Source of the DNA: Eledone cirrhosa
Lineage: Eukaryota
Reading direction: 5' to 3'
Length of the DNA stretch: 64,000 nt
NCBI GenBank assembly: GCA_964016885.1
Contig: OZ024741.1
Location: 122,574,001-122,638,000, forward strand
Shown here in pieces: positions 27,203 to 42,010 of this stretch. The translations under genes were made by a program, and so were the position numbers. The number at the start of each line of letters is the position of its first letter. Positions within the stretch are counted from its first letter, which is position 1. The notes beneath the pieces were generated by a model. That model searched no databases. It worked only from the letters and a program-made list of their open reading frames with translations, and was not told where the DNA came from.

Positions 27203-28132
27203 AATTGACCGTGATAAAATAATGGTTTGAAATACGAGCATTATGAAATATTGACGCAATGTGTTCTATCATATTGCCGTTAGTACGTTGAAATTATATA
27301 TTTATTTGACTCTATTTATTTGTTATTGAATTGATATGTGAACTCACAAGAGGATATAGTAGATAAGAATGTCCATTTTGTGAAATGTCATAGTCTTTCA
27401 AATTTATAAAACGGAAATATCGATGAAACAATTAACAATACCATTTTATAAACAGTTTTCAATTCTCCAGAATCATGAGACAACTGAGTTTTGTATCTAC
27501 AGTTGGTAATTATACGATATTTCCGCAAAGACTAAAAGTTAATTCAATCTAAAATAAATATTTGTTTTAGCAAATATGGAATAGGAATCTCTATGGAAAC
27601 CTGTACTCTCAATGTATCTGCGAGAATTGCTTCTACAAAAAGGTAGCCTTAATCCCATTAAAGTATCATGTTACGTGCCATTTTTATAAGATTCGAATTA
27701 TATATTCTCAATTCATTGTAACGAGTATTTTTATCATAAGTTATTCAAAGATTTTGTGAAATGTCCTTTCCTTCTGAATATGCATGCTGACTCCACAAAA
27801 AAAAAAAAAAAATAATATGAACAGTGAGGGAGCCTATGCTCTGTTTCGAGTTCATGCAGCAAGATGAAATCTGCTAACGCAATCCACAGATACATTTATG
27901 GTGTTAAATTGAGCAGTGTGTTAAATTTACCACTCAAAACATTGTTATAGACATTATCAATAGATGACATATCCTTTTCCCTTCTCCACATATCACAACA
28001 CCTTTCTGTTCCACACACTACACATACTGTCACAGTGATGTCTAATCTCATGTTTATCCACGTATCTGTGAAATATTTTCTTTACTTTCACACTTTTCTC
28101 ATATATTGACTTCGTATTATTTTATTCATTAT

Positions 28133-28590
28133 GAGGGCGGTGGATTGGCAGTAACGGTAGGGGGTCGGACGCCATGCTTTGTAGCATAGAGTTACGGCCC
28201 TTTATGATCTGAGTTCAAATCCCGCCGAAGTTTACTTTGCCTTTCAACCTTACGGGGACGATAAAATAAAGTAGCAGTCACGCACTGGGGTCGATTTAAT
28301 CGACTTTCCCCTCCCCAAAAATTAATGGCCATGTGCCTATATAAGAAACCATTATTTTATTCATTACAAGAGCGGTGGTTTGGCAGTACGGTAGAGCGTC
28401 GGACACCATGCTCTGCAGCATAGAGGTACGGGCCTTTACGTTCTGAATTCAAATTCTGCCGAGGTTAGCTTTACCTTTCATCCTTAAGAGGTCGATAAAA
28501 TAAAGTACCAGTAATGCACTGGGGTCAATTTAATCAACTTTGCCCTCCCCACAGAAAATTGTAAGCCATGTGCCTAAATCAGAAATCATT
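28133..28590 (+). mobile_element. Tandem pair of SINEs (28133-28335, 28350-28590), variant 3' end
   Basis: A and B boxes plus the central domain occur twice, separated and flanked by attattttattcatta. Confidence 0.88.
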
Positions 28591-28629
28591 ATTTTATTCA
28601 TTATTGTCACTATTATCACCTCCTGCTTC

Positions 28630-30290
28630 TCCTCCTGGCTACTCGGTTGACTGGAGAGTTCAGACTGAAGGAGTCACATTCATTGTTTGTTTTTGGAGAT
28701 TAGGGTTGTTTCGGTTCTGAGGGGCTGCTAAACTACCTTTGGGTGATGCTCCCTCTGTTGGGGGAATTCTTTAGTTATTTATTCATAGCTAATTGTTTTC
28801 CTTTTTACACGTTTTCTGTAAACCTCTACCGTGTCTGTTCTTTCGCATTGTTGTTTATGTTTCGGGGAGAAGCATGTCCTCCTTTACTGTTGTTATTGCC
28901 ACTGATGCTGATGCTGTTGTTGTGTTGGCTTTGTACTTGTTGGTGATGTTCTCTCCGATGTTGCTGTTGGCGTTGCTGCTTGTGTTGATTGCATTAGATG
29001 ATTTGGGTGTTGGAAGGAGAGGAGCACTTTTATTCCTCGTGGTTTGTTGTGGGTAGAAAGCCTTGTAGCGTGTTTTTGCCCCACAAGTGAGAAATTTTCT
29101 CTTTCTATCTTCCATGGTTGTAGGAAGTTAGGTGCCACATGCGAGATCTATCATTTCGAAGATGGCCTCGGTACAGTCTTGCTCCGTTTAGATAAGTAGT
29201 TCCATCTCCGATCCGGACCGGCTTTCTCGTTTTATTTTATAGACTTCTATAATGCTCGTTTTGTTCTCAATGTCTGCCAGCACAACAGCGATTATCCAGT
29301 GGATGGCTATTGTGAGCGGCACCTGGATCACTCTCACTTTCAGCAATCTCTGGACGCAGTAGAACGGGTCGAGAATAAATTCATTTTTTCTGAGGGGAAC
29401 TAGGATGTGTGAATTTGCTTCCTGGAGGTGGCTATTAAAACATCCACCTACCGAAATCTTTTGCCTCGATTTATTTTTTGTACCCACACGCCTCCCAATA
29501 CTTTTCGGATTTGGGCCTCGGTTGCACATTCAACTCGGTGTGATTTACCTCTAATTGTACTGTATATGGCCGTAAACGAAGAAGGTTTTCCGTTACTTCA
29601 GATCCTGGTTTAAGGCTCACCCTGTGACACATCTTTTCTACCATTTTCATTGCCTCCGTTAATTCTTCCTTTATAATAATTAATTTCTCCACATTGTTTT
29701 ACGCCACTGCTAAGAAAGCAACTGGCTGGTAGTGCTTTTCATATTGCTGACAATTGCTTCCATTTTTCTTCATTTCGTGTCATTGCTTACTTGATTTGTT
29801 GGCTTGTTTTCTCATTTTTGTTGTCACTATTACTGTTGCTGCTGCTGTTGCTACTGCCGTTGCTGCTGTTGTTGCTGGTGTTTTTGCTGCTGCTGTTTGT
29901 ATGTTTGCTGACGGTGGCCTTGTTGATGTATGTAGTGGTGGTAGTGAGAGTGAGAATAATTTTCGTGGTGACGTTTTATTGTTAATCTTTAAACTTGAGT
30001 CTGAATCGTCAAGACACGTTTTTCTGGTGCAGAATTCTTTTGCTGCCTTGGTGGGATGTGGAAGTGGGTGAAACCTCCATATTTGTTATTTTTTAATTTT
30101 CTTGATGCAACATGTGATTAAAATTACAAATATATGGGCCAAAGGATAAAATATTATGGGGTCGCATTACTTGAGATCAAGGTATAGCGCTTTTTTCAAA
30201 GTTTGTAACAAAAATTAAGCTATGAAATGTTTTTAAAACAAGTGAAAAATAAAAATGTCCTTTCTCCTAGACTGTCTGCCACCGAAGACC
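28630..30290 (-). mobile_element. Degenerate Tx1-type LINE 5' part (ORF1 pseudogene only)
   Basis: ORFs 29188..29529 and 29471..29692 align with ORF1 42657..44036 (IHWIIAVVLADIENKT...SGSEMELLI versus IPWLIAAVLAGIEAKT...SGSGMELLI). Decayed zinc knuckle. Confidence 0.8.
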
Positions 30291-31154
30291 GGTTTTGTAG
30301 TCTTCTAAGCTGCTGCAGTGGGAGTAGGCCAAGGACACTACTCTCGACTAAAATGCCATAAACGACTTGCATCTCATATAGGCTCAGACATCCGAATCCC
30401 AGCTACTGGCTTTCAAGCGGAGGAGATATTTGGAACTGATAAGGAGTAGAGCCAAATACCAGTTATCAGCGCCTTAAAACATACATACATGCATACATAC
30501 ATACACACACACACACACACATACACACACACACACATACATACATACATACATACATACATACATACATACATACATACATACATACATACATACATGA
30601 TGATAACAGCAACTCGATTTCGAGTAATGTCATTGCTTGATACTTAAGCATGAGCATCACGGATGTGGCTTTTTAGTCCTGCTAGGGATTTGCCTATGAC
30701 CAGCATTACCATCATCGTAGAAAATGTCATATATAAAGCGATGCCTGTGCTTCGAGCTTTTCTAAGTGAGGAAAGGCTTTGCATAGAGTCAACCCCATTC
30801 TCTGAACATCAAAAAGTAGAACTGTTCTACATCATTGGATGCAAACGAAGTCGCATGTTTTATACCAGCGTGACCTTCTCCTAGAGAGATGTCTTAATGA
30901 AGACTAGGAATCTCTCGCTCCACAAAAAAACAACTTTATCGGATGACCGTTGACTCTCCTGAGTTCCCCCTGAGGGGTTTTGCTTTTCATCTCGAGGGTG
31001 TCCAAAATCACCCTCCTCACCAAGCAAGATTTAGTCGCGGGTTGCCGGTTTAGTCGCTTATGACCTGACCCTGCACATACATACATAAATACATATATAC
31101 ATACATACACACATACTTACTTACATACATATATACATACATATATAATAATCT

Positions 31155-31621
31155 AAGCTCTTCACAAAACCCCGGTACTGCGGCCCGCAATAGAGAGAAA
31201 AGGAAGGCAAACAAATACCGGGAATTGTCTGGTCCCTTTCTCTTCGCACCGTTCACCGTCGAGACCTACGGTGTACTTGTACTCCATACTGCCGAGCTCT
31301 TCCGCAAGATCGGAACGTCAGCAGCTCGTCTGAGGAAGTAACCTAACCAGGTGGGGTGGTTGTTACAGCGGCTGGCGCTGGCCATTGTCCACGCAAATGC
31401 TTTTGCAGTCTTGCCCCCGGAACGCAGCCCCAACACAGCCGCCCCCTAGGCCTAGATCTCTTACCCGTCCCCTACCTCCTCTCATTCTTCTGTGACCTCA
31501 GAGCCCTTGCCCTTTCTTTCATTTTTCGTTTTTAAATATCTGTAGGCTATTATTTGAAATAGATTTGTTTATGATTTGGGGGGATTTTTTAATAATAAAA
31601 CGTTTTATATAAAAAAAAAAA
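31155..31621 (+). mobile_element. CRE-clade non-LTR retrotransposon 3' end with poly(A)
   Basis: Translates AARNREKRKANKY...FAPFTVETYG...WLLQRLALAIVHANA; AATAAA and an A-tail at 31610-31621. Confidence 0.75.
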
Positions 31622-32798
31622 TAATGAATCAATAAATTATGTTTCTTTACATCCCCATCGCCGCTAATAAGTGCCATCTGTTACTCTCCTATGTGTTACT
31701 AACCTACATGTTTCGCTTAGTTGAATTTGTACATGTCGCAGTCCCAGATCATTCTCCCACTCGCATCACATATCTCACCATATGGCACTTGCTAGTATCA
31801 ATCCAGTATTAATGTTAATATTTTCCACTCAGCTATATTATTGATTAATGTTATAGCCTTTTTTCTGTTTTTAATGAAAAAATCTTGTTTACAATTCCTA
31901 AAACACGATATGAGAAAACCGCATAAAATTGTTTGGAAAACTTTACATGATCGATTAGGAGTAAAAGGGGCAAAATAGGGCGATTGAAGGCAAATGTGGT
32001 GGGCCCTATTTAGAAAGAAGATGAAATAGTGCTAAGATGGGGGAAGGAGAGGGGAGAGAAGGAAGGGTTAGAAAGGGAGAAAATATTAGGAAGAAGGTCA
32101 CAGAAAAATGTTATAGACGAAGGAATTAGGGGAAGGGGAAGAAAGTGAAGTGATTACGATTTCCAATTAGATCCTTTTAACTAACATTACTTTGTTTACG
32201 GCATTCACAAATAATCAAAGATAAATTTCTCTTTACAAATACATAAAACGGCATGCTCTTTAACTAAATCATATTAAAATTTAATGTATTGCTTTAGAAG
32301 AAGAAGTAGAGCGACAAAATATGTTCTTGAAGACACATGTCAGTTATGCTTTGTTGATTTATGGTTAAAGTAACTTCACTTCACTATACTTCACTTCAGT
32401 TTAATTCAGTTCACTTCACGCCACTAATGTATCAGAGGAAATATATAACGCTATGGCGGACAGTATTGATCCTATTGATATTGTCAACGTAGAAGAGTGA
32501 AGGAACGTAAAGTACATTTGGAGGTGAAATATGCACACACACACACACACTCACACTGACATTCACATTCACATACAAATACACACACACTCACACTGAC
32601 ATTCACATTCACATACATACAAACACACACACCCACACCATTACTGTAAACAGTAGAGCACTCAGCCTTGAGGATGTGTTCGGTATAGAGTTAGTTCCAC
32701 ATACACAGGCTGAAAATCTGCTCAGTGAAACGGGCTTCCTCGAGTATGGCTTACTAATTTGTTGTGGAACTAATGTTCCCCCAAAACCTTCTCTCTCC

Positions 32799-32875
<77 letters not shown>

Positions 32876-32981
32876 CCCCCCCTCTCTCTTTCTCTCTCTC
32901 TCTCTGTATATATATATATATAGATATATAATGGTCACATTAATTTCTCTATTTTCATTTATATATATATAGTTAGTTCAC

Positions 32982-33130
<149 letters not shown>

Positions 33131-33443
33131 GTGTGAGTGTGTGTGGTAGTCAGGTGTGTTACTACAGTTACAGGCAGCACGCCGTTCGAAGCACTCAATA
33201 CTTTACAGGCTCGGTCTCGTGTTGGGTTGTAGTCCAGAGTTAAGGCGGCTGTAATTTACAGAAGGCATATAGCGAAAGTAGAATAGAAGTCAGAGTCGTA
33301 GCATATGATGTACACACCTTATTGGGATATCACAATTGTTTCGATATCGAGCAGCTCAGGGTACAATCAAAATGACAGGACCCGACTCTTCTTCGACATC
33401 TCGTCTGATATGCGGGTTCATATGCGCAAATACATCTAAATTC

Positions 33444-33520
33444 GCATATCTGACGAGATGTCAAAGAAGACTCTTTGTTTGTACCCTGAGCTGATCGATA
33501 TTGAAACGGTTGTAATATGC
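33444..33520 (+). ncRNA. Type I hammerhead ribozyme; mirrored degenerate copy at 33325-33413 (-)
   Basis: gcatat CTGACGA gatgtc...gatatt GAA ACGGTTGT A atatgc, with a perfect 6-bp stem I. Confidence 0.85.
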
Positions 33521-33580
33521 CAATAAATTTTCTACGTTTACTGCAACACAAAGTTCGATTCTACTCACCCCCTCTATCTC

Positions 33581-33646
<66 letters not shown>

Positions 33647-33648
<2 letters not shown>

Positions 33649-33993
33649 GTTATACCTCGGTATTCGTGGAAGTTACGTTCCTAGAGCACCGACGAAGAGT
33701 GAAAACCCGAGAATATTCGACGTGCCTATAAACGTCAACATATAGCGTAAAATATGATACAAAAAGAGGGAGCGTCTTATGCGAAGGGGCGTCCAATAGG
33801 CCGGCAAATACGATATATTGTTATCAATAATTTAGCGATAAAAATATATATATATTGCTATGAAAAAGCCATAAAGATTGCGGAAGTTATTTACGATTCC
33901 GCGAATATGCGGTGGTTTCCACGAACAATTATTCGTTACGTTCTAAGGAAAATTTCGCGAATAACCGAGACCGCGAATTTCGAGTGTACACTG
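33647..33993. mobile_element. Tigger/pogo-like MITE
   Basis: Imperfect TIRs cagttatacctcggtattcgtgg and ccgcgaatttcgagtgtacactg, located in a TA tract. Confidence 0.7.
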
Positions 33994-35456
33994 CATATAT
34001 ATATAAATGTATGAAGAGAAAGAGAGAGCGTGAAAGTGTTTAAAGTTTGTAAAATTACGCAGAGAAAATGTATTAGACAATCAAATTTCAAAATAGATGA
34101 ATTTTTAGGATTTCTTTCCAATTTTCGGAAGAACTTGGTGGTAGGTTGGCATGATAACATCCAATTTTTTTAAAATAAAATTTCATACATACATATATAC
34201 ATGGTGGCTGCAAACTCTGCTAAGGGCATTGCAATCGTTTGTCAGATTATAGAGTTTTTGTGCACTTTTAGGCTACGGCCAGCCACACGAACCTGTGACA
34301 AATACTGAACAAGCAATGCCTGTGTTTTGAAGTTTATTTTAGATAGGGAAAGTCCTTGCACCCGAGCAATCCCACTCTCTAAGCATCGAAAACACTACTC
34401 GAAAATGTATATACATACATACACAGATGCATACATGGATACATACACACAGCACAGCTAAAGTAACAGCAAATTATAAGCTTCTGCTTAGTACCACAAA
34501 ATACTTTAACTGTGAGCACTATCTGACTGTACAAAGACACCCTGTCTTCTAATTTGTAGTACTAGTCCCGTTTAAAAGAATGCCTTTTCATATAGACATA
34601 AGATAAATGAATAATTAAATAAATAAATATATATACACATCAATAAGAACATCTTTGTTCTTGTACACACTTTCGTCGGTACTGCCGATCAATGTCCAGG
34701 CTTTTCGAACAGCTTAGTAGCTTGTCAGTGAAATAAAAGAGTGTTTGAGTATTTCACATAAATTTATATCTTCAGTCCCTTCGTTGTCAAACCGATTGAA
34801 ACCGCCCTCAACTCTATGTTAGAAAGATATATATTTTAAAGCTTGTAATTATATCAAAATCTCCCTTCGCAATTTTATCAAAGAACATTTGTTAAGCATT
34901 TCTAAACATCCGTTAACGTAGGAAAGAAAGTTACTCAAGTTACTATATTATTCACATACGTGACTATTTTCTAAATAATTTGATAATATAAGGCAGGGTA
35001 TTTTATTCGAAAAATGGTAATGATAATGTTAAGGTCATTCTCGAGGTGATTCAGCGTTATTTATTTATTTTCTATAAAAACACACGCACCTCTGGTTTTC
35101 ACTTCCGGTTGGCTGGTCGGTTCGATAACCAGAAGGTTGTTTATATATTGTCAAAGCTCTTTCTTCATTCATTCTGTGACCTCCTCAGTGACTAGGTTTA
35201 TATTTTGTGTGTCTCTCCCTTGTTCTGTCCTACACCATCTTGTTTTTGTGTGTTGTGCGTTGTGTATTTAGTTTCCGCATGCGTTACATCCGGGTGTCTG
35301 TTTTTTTATTTATTTATTCATTTATGTGTTTATTTACTTGTTCTATCTGTGTCGTTCTGATTTGTTTTGTTAGTTTGGTTTTTTGTGTGCGTCTGTATGT
35401 CTTCATTTTGTCCTTAATTACTAGTTGTGATGTTGCTATTCCACTCATGTTTTCTG

Positions 35457-35561
<105 letters not shown>

Positions 35562-35682
35562 GGTGTTGGATGCTTAAAGCGTCCGTATCCTGGAGGCCGT
35601 ATGAGCACTCGATGCTCTCATAGAGCAGAGTATGATATCACAGAAAAAAGAGAATCAGTGTTGCGACGAATGGAATTTATTG

Positions 35683-35778
35683 GACATATTACAATCGTTT
35701 CTCTGGCGACCAGCTCAAGGCACTATCGATGTGAAGATCGAACCTGACTCTGAAAATCGCAAGGTCCTCAGATACGTC
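35683..35778 (-). ncRNA. Type I hammerhead ribozyme (family of 33444)
   Basis: gacgtat CTGAGGA ccttgcga...tcgccaga GAA ACGATTGT A atatgtc, with a 7-bp stem I. Confidence 0.8.
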
Positions 35779-36729
35779 TTGATTCTACGAAGCAGATTTT
35801 CCTATGTCCTTTTACATCGATATCCTTCGGCATATATATATATATAACATATATATCACGAACGCCTCTGTCGAGTTAAGTAACACGTACAAATCGGCTC
35901 ACGTACGAATCGGCTCACGAACATTTTTTCCGAAGCTTAAACATCTCGAGTGATGAACGGTATCTTGAGAAACGAACACGCAAACCGGGAATGATAACTG
36001 GATCCTATAAGGTGAGTCCCAGGAATATTAATCAGGTGACAGTAAAACTAACGAGTGATGCTCTGGTTTATAGTAAAAATTTCTTACGTTACATTCGCAG
36101 GTAAAGTTTTCAGGCAGGTCAGAGTCATACCAATGGGCGGAAACTGTAGCTCACTCTTTGCGGATTTATATTTATCCTCATGTGAGTTTGACTATATAGA
36201 GGATTTAAGGAAGCGTAAGTAATTAGGCAGTTGGGAGGATGTTGTAGGTATATTGATTGACGAAAGTTTCGATCAACACAACAGGAATATTCATTCCTGC
36301 TACACTGATCTCCCCAGAATCTATTAAAGTACAACAATATTTACCAACACCTGTCCATAATATCGCAGGTTTGAAAGCGAAAACAAATTCAAAATACAGT
36401 TGGGGAAACGTTCACATTTCCTGAAGACTAAATACGCAATGACAAATGAATTATTAATAAAGATATAACGTACAGTAACTAAAAATATTTTGCGTACTGA
36501 TACACATATACGACTCACTAAAATAATGTTATAGGTATATAACTTGAGCATATAAGTTTAATAATACTTATTAACGGAAGTAACAAAAATGATAAAATTA
36601 ACATGAATAGAAGCCTTAAATAGAGAAGGTGTTCTGTTGCTGACACGTGTGTGCCGGGTGGCCTAGATCTCTGGAAAGGCACCTAAGAAATGGTAGTCGC
36701 CAGTGATAATCCAAATTTTCAATAATAGA

Positions 36730-38268
36730 AATATTGTTCCAATTACAGATGGTTCTCCTTGTTAAGCCTCCCTGGTAAAATATATGCTAAGTGTCTGGCA
36801 AAGAGATGCAGGTAGACTATCGAGTCCAAGTTAGCTGATCAACAGTGTGGTTTTCGCCCCGGACACTGCACAGCCGACCAAATATTCACACTGCGGCCGG
36901 TCTTCGGGAAATAGTGGGAGTATTGGCCAGAATTATATTTTTGTTTCGTCAACCGTGAAAAGGCATTTGATTGTATTCCTTGGGACCTCCTGCGGAAGGT
37001 TCTGCAGGAGTATGGGATCGATAGTCAGCTTCTTGCTGCCCTGTTGTTTCAATAGGAATGCCTGAGTATTTGTGTTCTGATAAATGGTGCTAAATCGAAA
37101 CTATTCAATGTGGGAGTTGGACTCCGCCAAGGGTGCGTATTGACACCTCTCATAATCATTATTTACCAGTAGAAGGTCGGACGCCATGCTTTCCAGCATA
37201 GTTACGCCCCTTTACGGTCTGAGTTCAAATCCCGCCAAGGTTAACTTTGCCTTTCATCCTTACGGGGTAGATAAAATAAAGTACCAGTAATGCACTGGGT
37301 AATTGCTGGCCTTGTGCCAAAAGTAGAAACAATTATTTACATAAACAGGTGGATTGGCAGTATCGGTAGAGGGTCGGACGCCATACTTTGCAGCAAAGAG
37401 TTACGGCCCTTTATGGTCTGAGTTCAAATCCCGCCGAGGTTAACTTCGCCTTTCATCCTTACGAGGTCGATAAAATAAAGTACCAGTAATGCACTGAGAT
37501 AATTGTCGGCCTTGTGCCAAAAGTAGAAATAATTATTTACATAAACAGGATCGATATGCGCAGCCAGGTTGGTATCACGACTGGCATAATAGGTAGGCGA
37601 CATGGTGTTACTTAACTCGAAAGGTTTAATGTCGAGTGCTGCATGGCTGCGATGAAAATCACTGCATGCATAGTGTAGAGAAATTCAAGTATCTCGGGGC
37701 CGTGTTCATGAGTATTGACAGATAGGAGGCACGAGATTGAGCAGCAAAGCGCCAGCTTCAGCATTCAGTAATCCCAAGAAGGGAGGTAGGCGTAAAAGCC
37801 AAACTCGCTATCTTCAATTTGGTATTCGTGCTAACCGTTACCTATATGTCATAAATCTTGGGTAATGACCGAAAGAATACGATCGCGAATTCAAATAGAT
37901 GAAATGGGGTTCCTCCGAAAGCTTTTTGGAGTAACGTTACTCGATAGAGTGCGTACTTCAGAGATCAGAGAGTCACTTCAAGCATGGCTGCTTCTTCTCC
38001 GAATTGAGAGACCACAGCTCCAATACTATGGATATATAGTCAGAATGTCGTAGGAAAGAACCGCTGGACAGATTTTACGGGTACAACCAGCCGATACAGG
38101 AGACCCAGCAATAGACAGCGAGCAAAATGGTTGGATAACATCCATGAGCATGGATGGTCTCGCTTGGAGATCCAGCCGGATCAGTTCAAGATGGTTGCTT
38201 CTGACAGGGCACGCTGTAAGGAGTGTTTGAGGACTCTGCCTCAACGATCCTCTCAGGAATAAGTGGGC

Positions 38269-38270
<2 letters not shown>
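36730..38270 (+). mobile_element. Degenerate RTE-type LINE fragment, interrupted by two SINE copies (37166-37340, 37348-37540), ending in (AAT)n
   Basis: LLSLPGKIYAK, QCGFRPG, EKAFD, VGLRQGCVL, KFKYLG, EMGFLR. (AAT)n at 38271-38335. Confidence 0.82.
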
Positions 38271-38337
<67 letters not shown>

Positions 38338-38598
38338 TTTCTTTATTAACCACAAGGGTTTACATAAAGTAGACATTAAGGACAGTGCAGGACAATGCAG
38401 GACGGTACAAATGGGCATTTCTGCGTGTAAAAAAAACAAAAACAGAGGATGTAACAAAAATAACAATGAAAATAACAATGAAAAATTCCCCAATAGGGGG
38501 GAGACTTCGGAGGGACATTTGTGAAGAAAGCCCATTAAAAGACCACAGTGGCCCTGACCACCAGGGCAAGTGCCCTCTCCCAGTTTTCCACCTTTAAT

Positions 38599-41500
38599 TT
38601 ATAGACACATACTCAGAGAAGGCCCATTCATTCGGGCCATACTTGCTTCTCTCACCCATCTTTCAACAAAATGCTGGGAAGAGAGCACTTCCCTCTCTAC
38701 CCTGATTTTCCTTTTCAGATGAAATTTGAAAAAGTTAATCAGGGCATCACCGAAGAGGTAAGTGCTCGTCTTCAGCCCTTTCAAACGTGTCCACCATACT
38801 ATCTCTTTCGCCATGGCCACCAGACAGATAAAAACTGCCTGCCCTTCCCGGCTAAAGGAAGAGGGCGGGGCAATCCTCACGATGGACTCAGCTGATAGCT
38901 GGATCCGTCCTACACGTGACAGCAGGTGTTTGACATAAACCCACAAGTCAGCAATGCTCGGACACTGGACGAGTGCATGCAGGACGGTTTCGTCGCCCTG
39001 TGCGCATCTCGGACATGCCCGGCTGACGGCACCTCCATGCCTGTAAAGTTTATCCCGAACTGGCAAAGCACCCCGGTAGCACTACCAGGCCAGGGATTTC
39101 TGGAAGTTGTCCATAGGCCCCGGCCCGAAAGTCCTTCCGAAGAGATTGGCTAGTTGATTTTCGTCGACGCCTAGAGTTTCTCCAAGTACGTCGTCGCTCT
39201 TCCCCTCCACTAATCCCCTATAGAACGCCAAGGTGGAGTTTCCACCGATCACATTGCCCGATTGGTCGAGGGCTGTGAGCGCCTGAAGACATTCCAGTCT
39301 CCAAGCGCTCCCTCTCGGTCTTCGCTTGACCCAGGACTGCAGCTCCGTCAAGGAGACGAGCTGGGGAAAAACACGTAGCAAACGGCGACCACACCTGATC
39401 ACCGTCGAGGAAGAGGTGGAGATGTCGTAGCCTGAGCGCGTGTCTGCGCATCATCAGCCACGGCATGCCCAGCCCTCCACGTAGCGGGTGTTGACAGCAG
39501 ATGGACCGCCTGACCATCGGAGCGCGTCCCTTCCACAAGAAGCGAAAGAGCAAACGCTCCAGCGCAGTCAGGCGGGGCTTAGGAAAAGGTACGACGATCA
39601 GGCGGTAGTAGATGACGGACGCGATGTACGCGTTAGCCACCTCCGCTCGACCTTTCAGGGATAGCTTCCTCTCGGCCCATTTCTGGGTGAGAGAAGCCAC
39701 CCTGCTCGTCACCTCGTCCCAGTTTTTGTCCGTCTGGAGGTCTTGACCGAACCAGAACCCTAGCAATTTAACCGGTCCGTCCGTCCAGCGCCCGACGACG
39801 CTGTTGGACGGCATGGACATGCCTCTCCAGGTGCCGAGCTGCAGGCCCACTGACTTTTCCTGGTTGATCATTGCTCCTGTCACCGCTTCGTGTTCTCTTA
39901 GTGTAGTGCCGATCGCCTCGATGTGTTTGGCGTTCGACACCACTACGGTGACATCGTCGGCATATGCTGACACGGATCTTCCGCATCCGAGTTCGCGCGG
40001 GACCCCCCTCAACGTCTCCAGTTTGTGCAGTAATGGCTCGAGAGTCAATACGTACAATAGGGACGAGAGGGGACATCCTTGGCGGACCGAGCGCATGATG
40101 TTGAACGGTTCCGAAAGGTGACCGTTCACTCTCACTACAGAGCAGATGTCGCTGTGCATGACAGCGACCCAGCCTCTGAAGACGGGCCCAAAGCCAGCCG
40201 CCCTCAGGACTGCCGCTAGGTAACGATGGTCGACCCTATCGAAGGCTTTCGACTGATCTAAATTGATCAAAGACCCACCCGTGCCAGGATCCCCAGCTAC
40301 CCTCTCTACGATGTATCGCATGAGGTGGAGGTTGTCGTGGATGGATCTGTCGGGAATGGCGCAAGTCATCAACCAGACCACCAACGACAAGCGCCAACCT
40401 CTTTGCTAGCACCTTGGCCAAAATATTGAACTCTGTGTTTAGCAGAGTTATGGGCCTAAAATTATCTATGTTATCCCCCTTGTTCGGATCCTTTCTCAGC
40501 AGCCCCACCGCTCCTCGGCTCACAGAGCTGGGAATTCTCCCGTTCTGTTGCCAGTTGCAGTAGACGTCCGCCAAGAGGCCTCCTAACAAGTCTGGCATTT
40601 GTACGTAAAGTTCATAGAGTTGACCATCCAAACCAGGCGATTTACCCCTTGTGCAACTAGTCATTGCATCCCGTACTTCAGCGGTTGTTATCGGCTTTTC
40701 GCAACACTCCGCCTCAGTGGCCGAAAGCCGAGGCAGTCCGTCGAGGTAGACACTAAAGTCCATCCCTCGATCCGGCCCGCCACTGCCCCCCGAACAGTTG
40801 AGCGAAGTGTCGCTGAAAAGCTTCACACATTTGCCCGGGATCGAGTAGCATGCGCCCGTCGTGGTCCACCAAAGACCGGATCGTGGCTTTGTTGCCACGA
40901 CGCGCCTCCGCCACTCGGGCCCATTGAACGGCTTTCGTCCCCTCGTGTCTGAGAGCACGCACCCTAGCTCTGAGAACGCAGCCTTCGTGCTTTGCATTGA
41001 AGAATTGGTCAAGGGCCAATTTCGCCGCAAGTACGTCGGTCGCGATGCCTTTGCTAAGCGCCTCATCTAATTTTCTAACTAATTCTCCCTCTGCTCTATT
41101 TTTCTCTATTGCTAAAGTCTTACTAAACCTAATGGACTCTATTCTAATCGCTCTTTTCAGAGCAAACCACCACTTGTTGTTGACGATGGCCCCCGTCAAC
41201 GCCCGCTTAACTACTTCGCTAATCCGGTCTCTGTAGGCCTTGCGCGCTGGTAAGCACGCGTTTAGCTTCCAGTAGCCGGGTCCTCGTCTATGAAGCCTAT
41301 CTAAGTCAAGCACACAGATCACGAATTTGTGGTCCGTGTAGCTGACTATCTTGACTTGTGGACAGCCTATGCTAGACCTATCTATTTCCCTACAAAATAC
41401 TCTATCTAGATATGATCTGGATGACCCTATGCGATTTGTCCAAGTCCACATTGGTACATTCGGGAAATCCATTCGGTACCTGTCAGACAGTTCAAAACGT

Positions 41501-42010
41501 CTGAGCAGGTTGGTGAGACTCTTGCACCCTCCTTCCCTATCCACTAATCCCACACAATCCCAGCGTGCATCTAAGATCCCGTTCCAGTCGCCCACTAACA
41601 CTAAAGAGCGGGACGTTCCAAGAAAGGTCTCCAGACGCCGGAAGAAATCAGGCCGCCCTGCTCCTGTCGGGGCATAGACGGCCACTAACCTAAAAGCTTG
41701 GCCGTCTCCGCTGGTCACGTCCAGCACCACCAACTTACCTTCTGGGTCCAGGAAGATGGCCCGTATGGCAAGATCCAAACCTCTCCGAAAAAGCACAGCA
41801 ACTCCTCCCCCCCGATCCCGGACGGCTGGGAGATGCGTACACATCGTAGCCGCCGAAGATCGGTGCGAAAGCCTGTGCTTCGGAGATTCTGGTCTCGCTG
41901 ATGGCCACTACATCTATGTTTAGTGACCTGAGGTCGTTGAGCAGGTGACCCTGCTTCCATGACGACCCCAAGCCATGCGCATTTATGCTGCCTATTCTGA
42001 GTGAGGTCAT
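38599..42010 (-). pseudogene. LINE ORF2 (APE endonuclease plus reverse transcriptase), several frameshifts and stops
   Basis: MTSLRIGSINAHGL, ISET, VYAP, GDWN, SYLDR, TDH (APE); KSPGLDG, FRPITLLN, DQSKAFDRV, QGCPLS, YADD (RT). Spread over ORFs 41735..42046, 40753..41844, 40236..41066, 39218..40390, 39082..39402 and 38599..39066. Confidence 0.92.

Noticed and set aside
30300-31075. Blocks between (CATA)n tracts that look like SINE or LINE tails
   Set aside because: Probably repeats, but there is no second copy in the window and no diagnostic motif.
35855-36000. Tigger-like subterminal repeats (atcggctcacg twice)
   Set aside because: No matching opposite TIR found.
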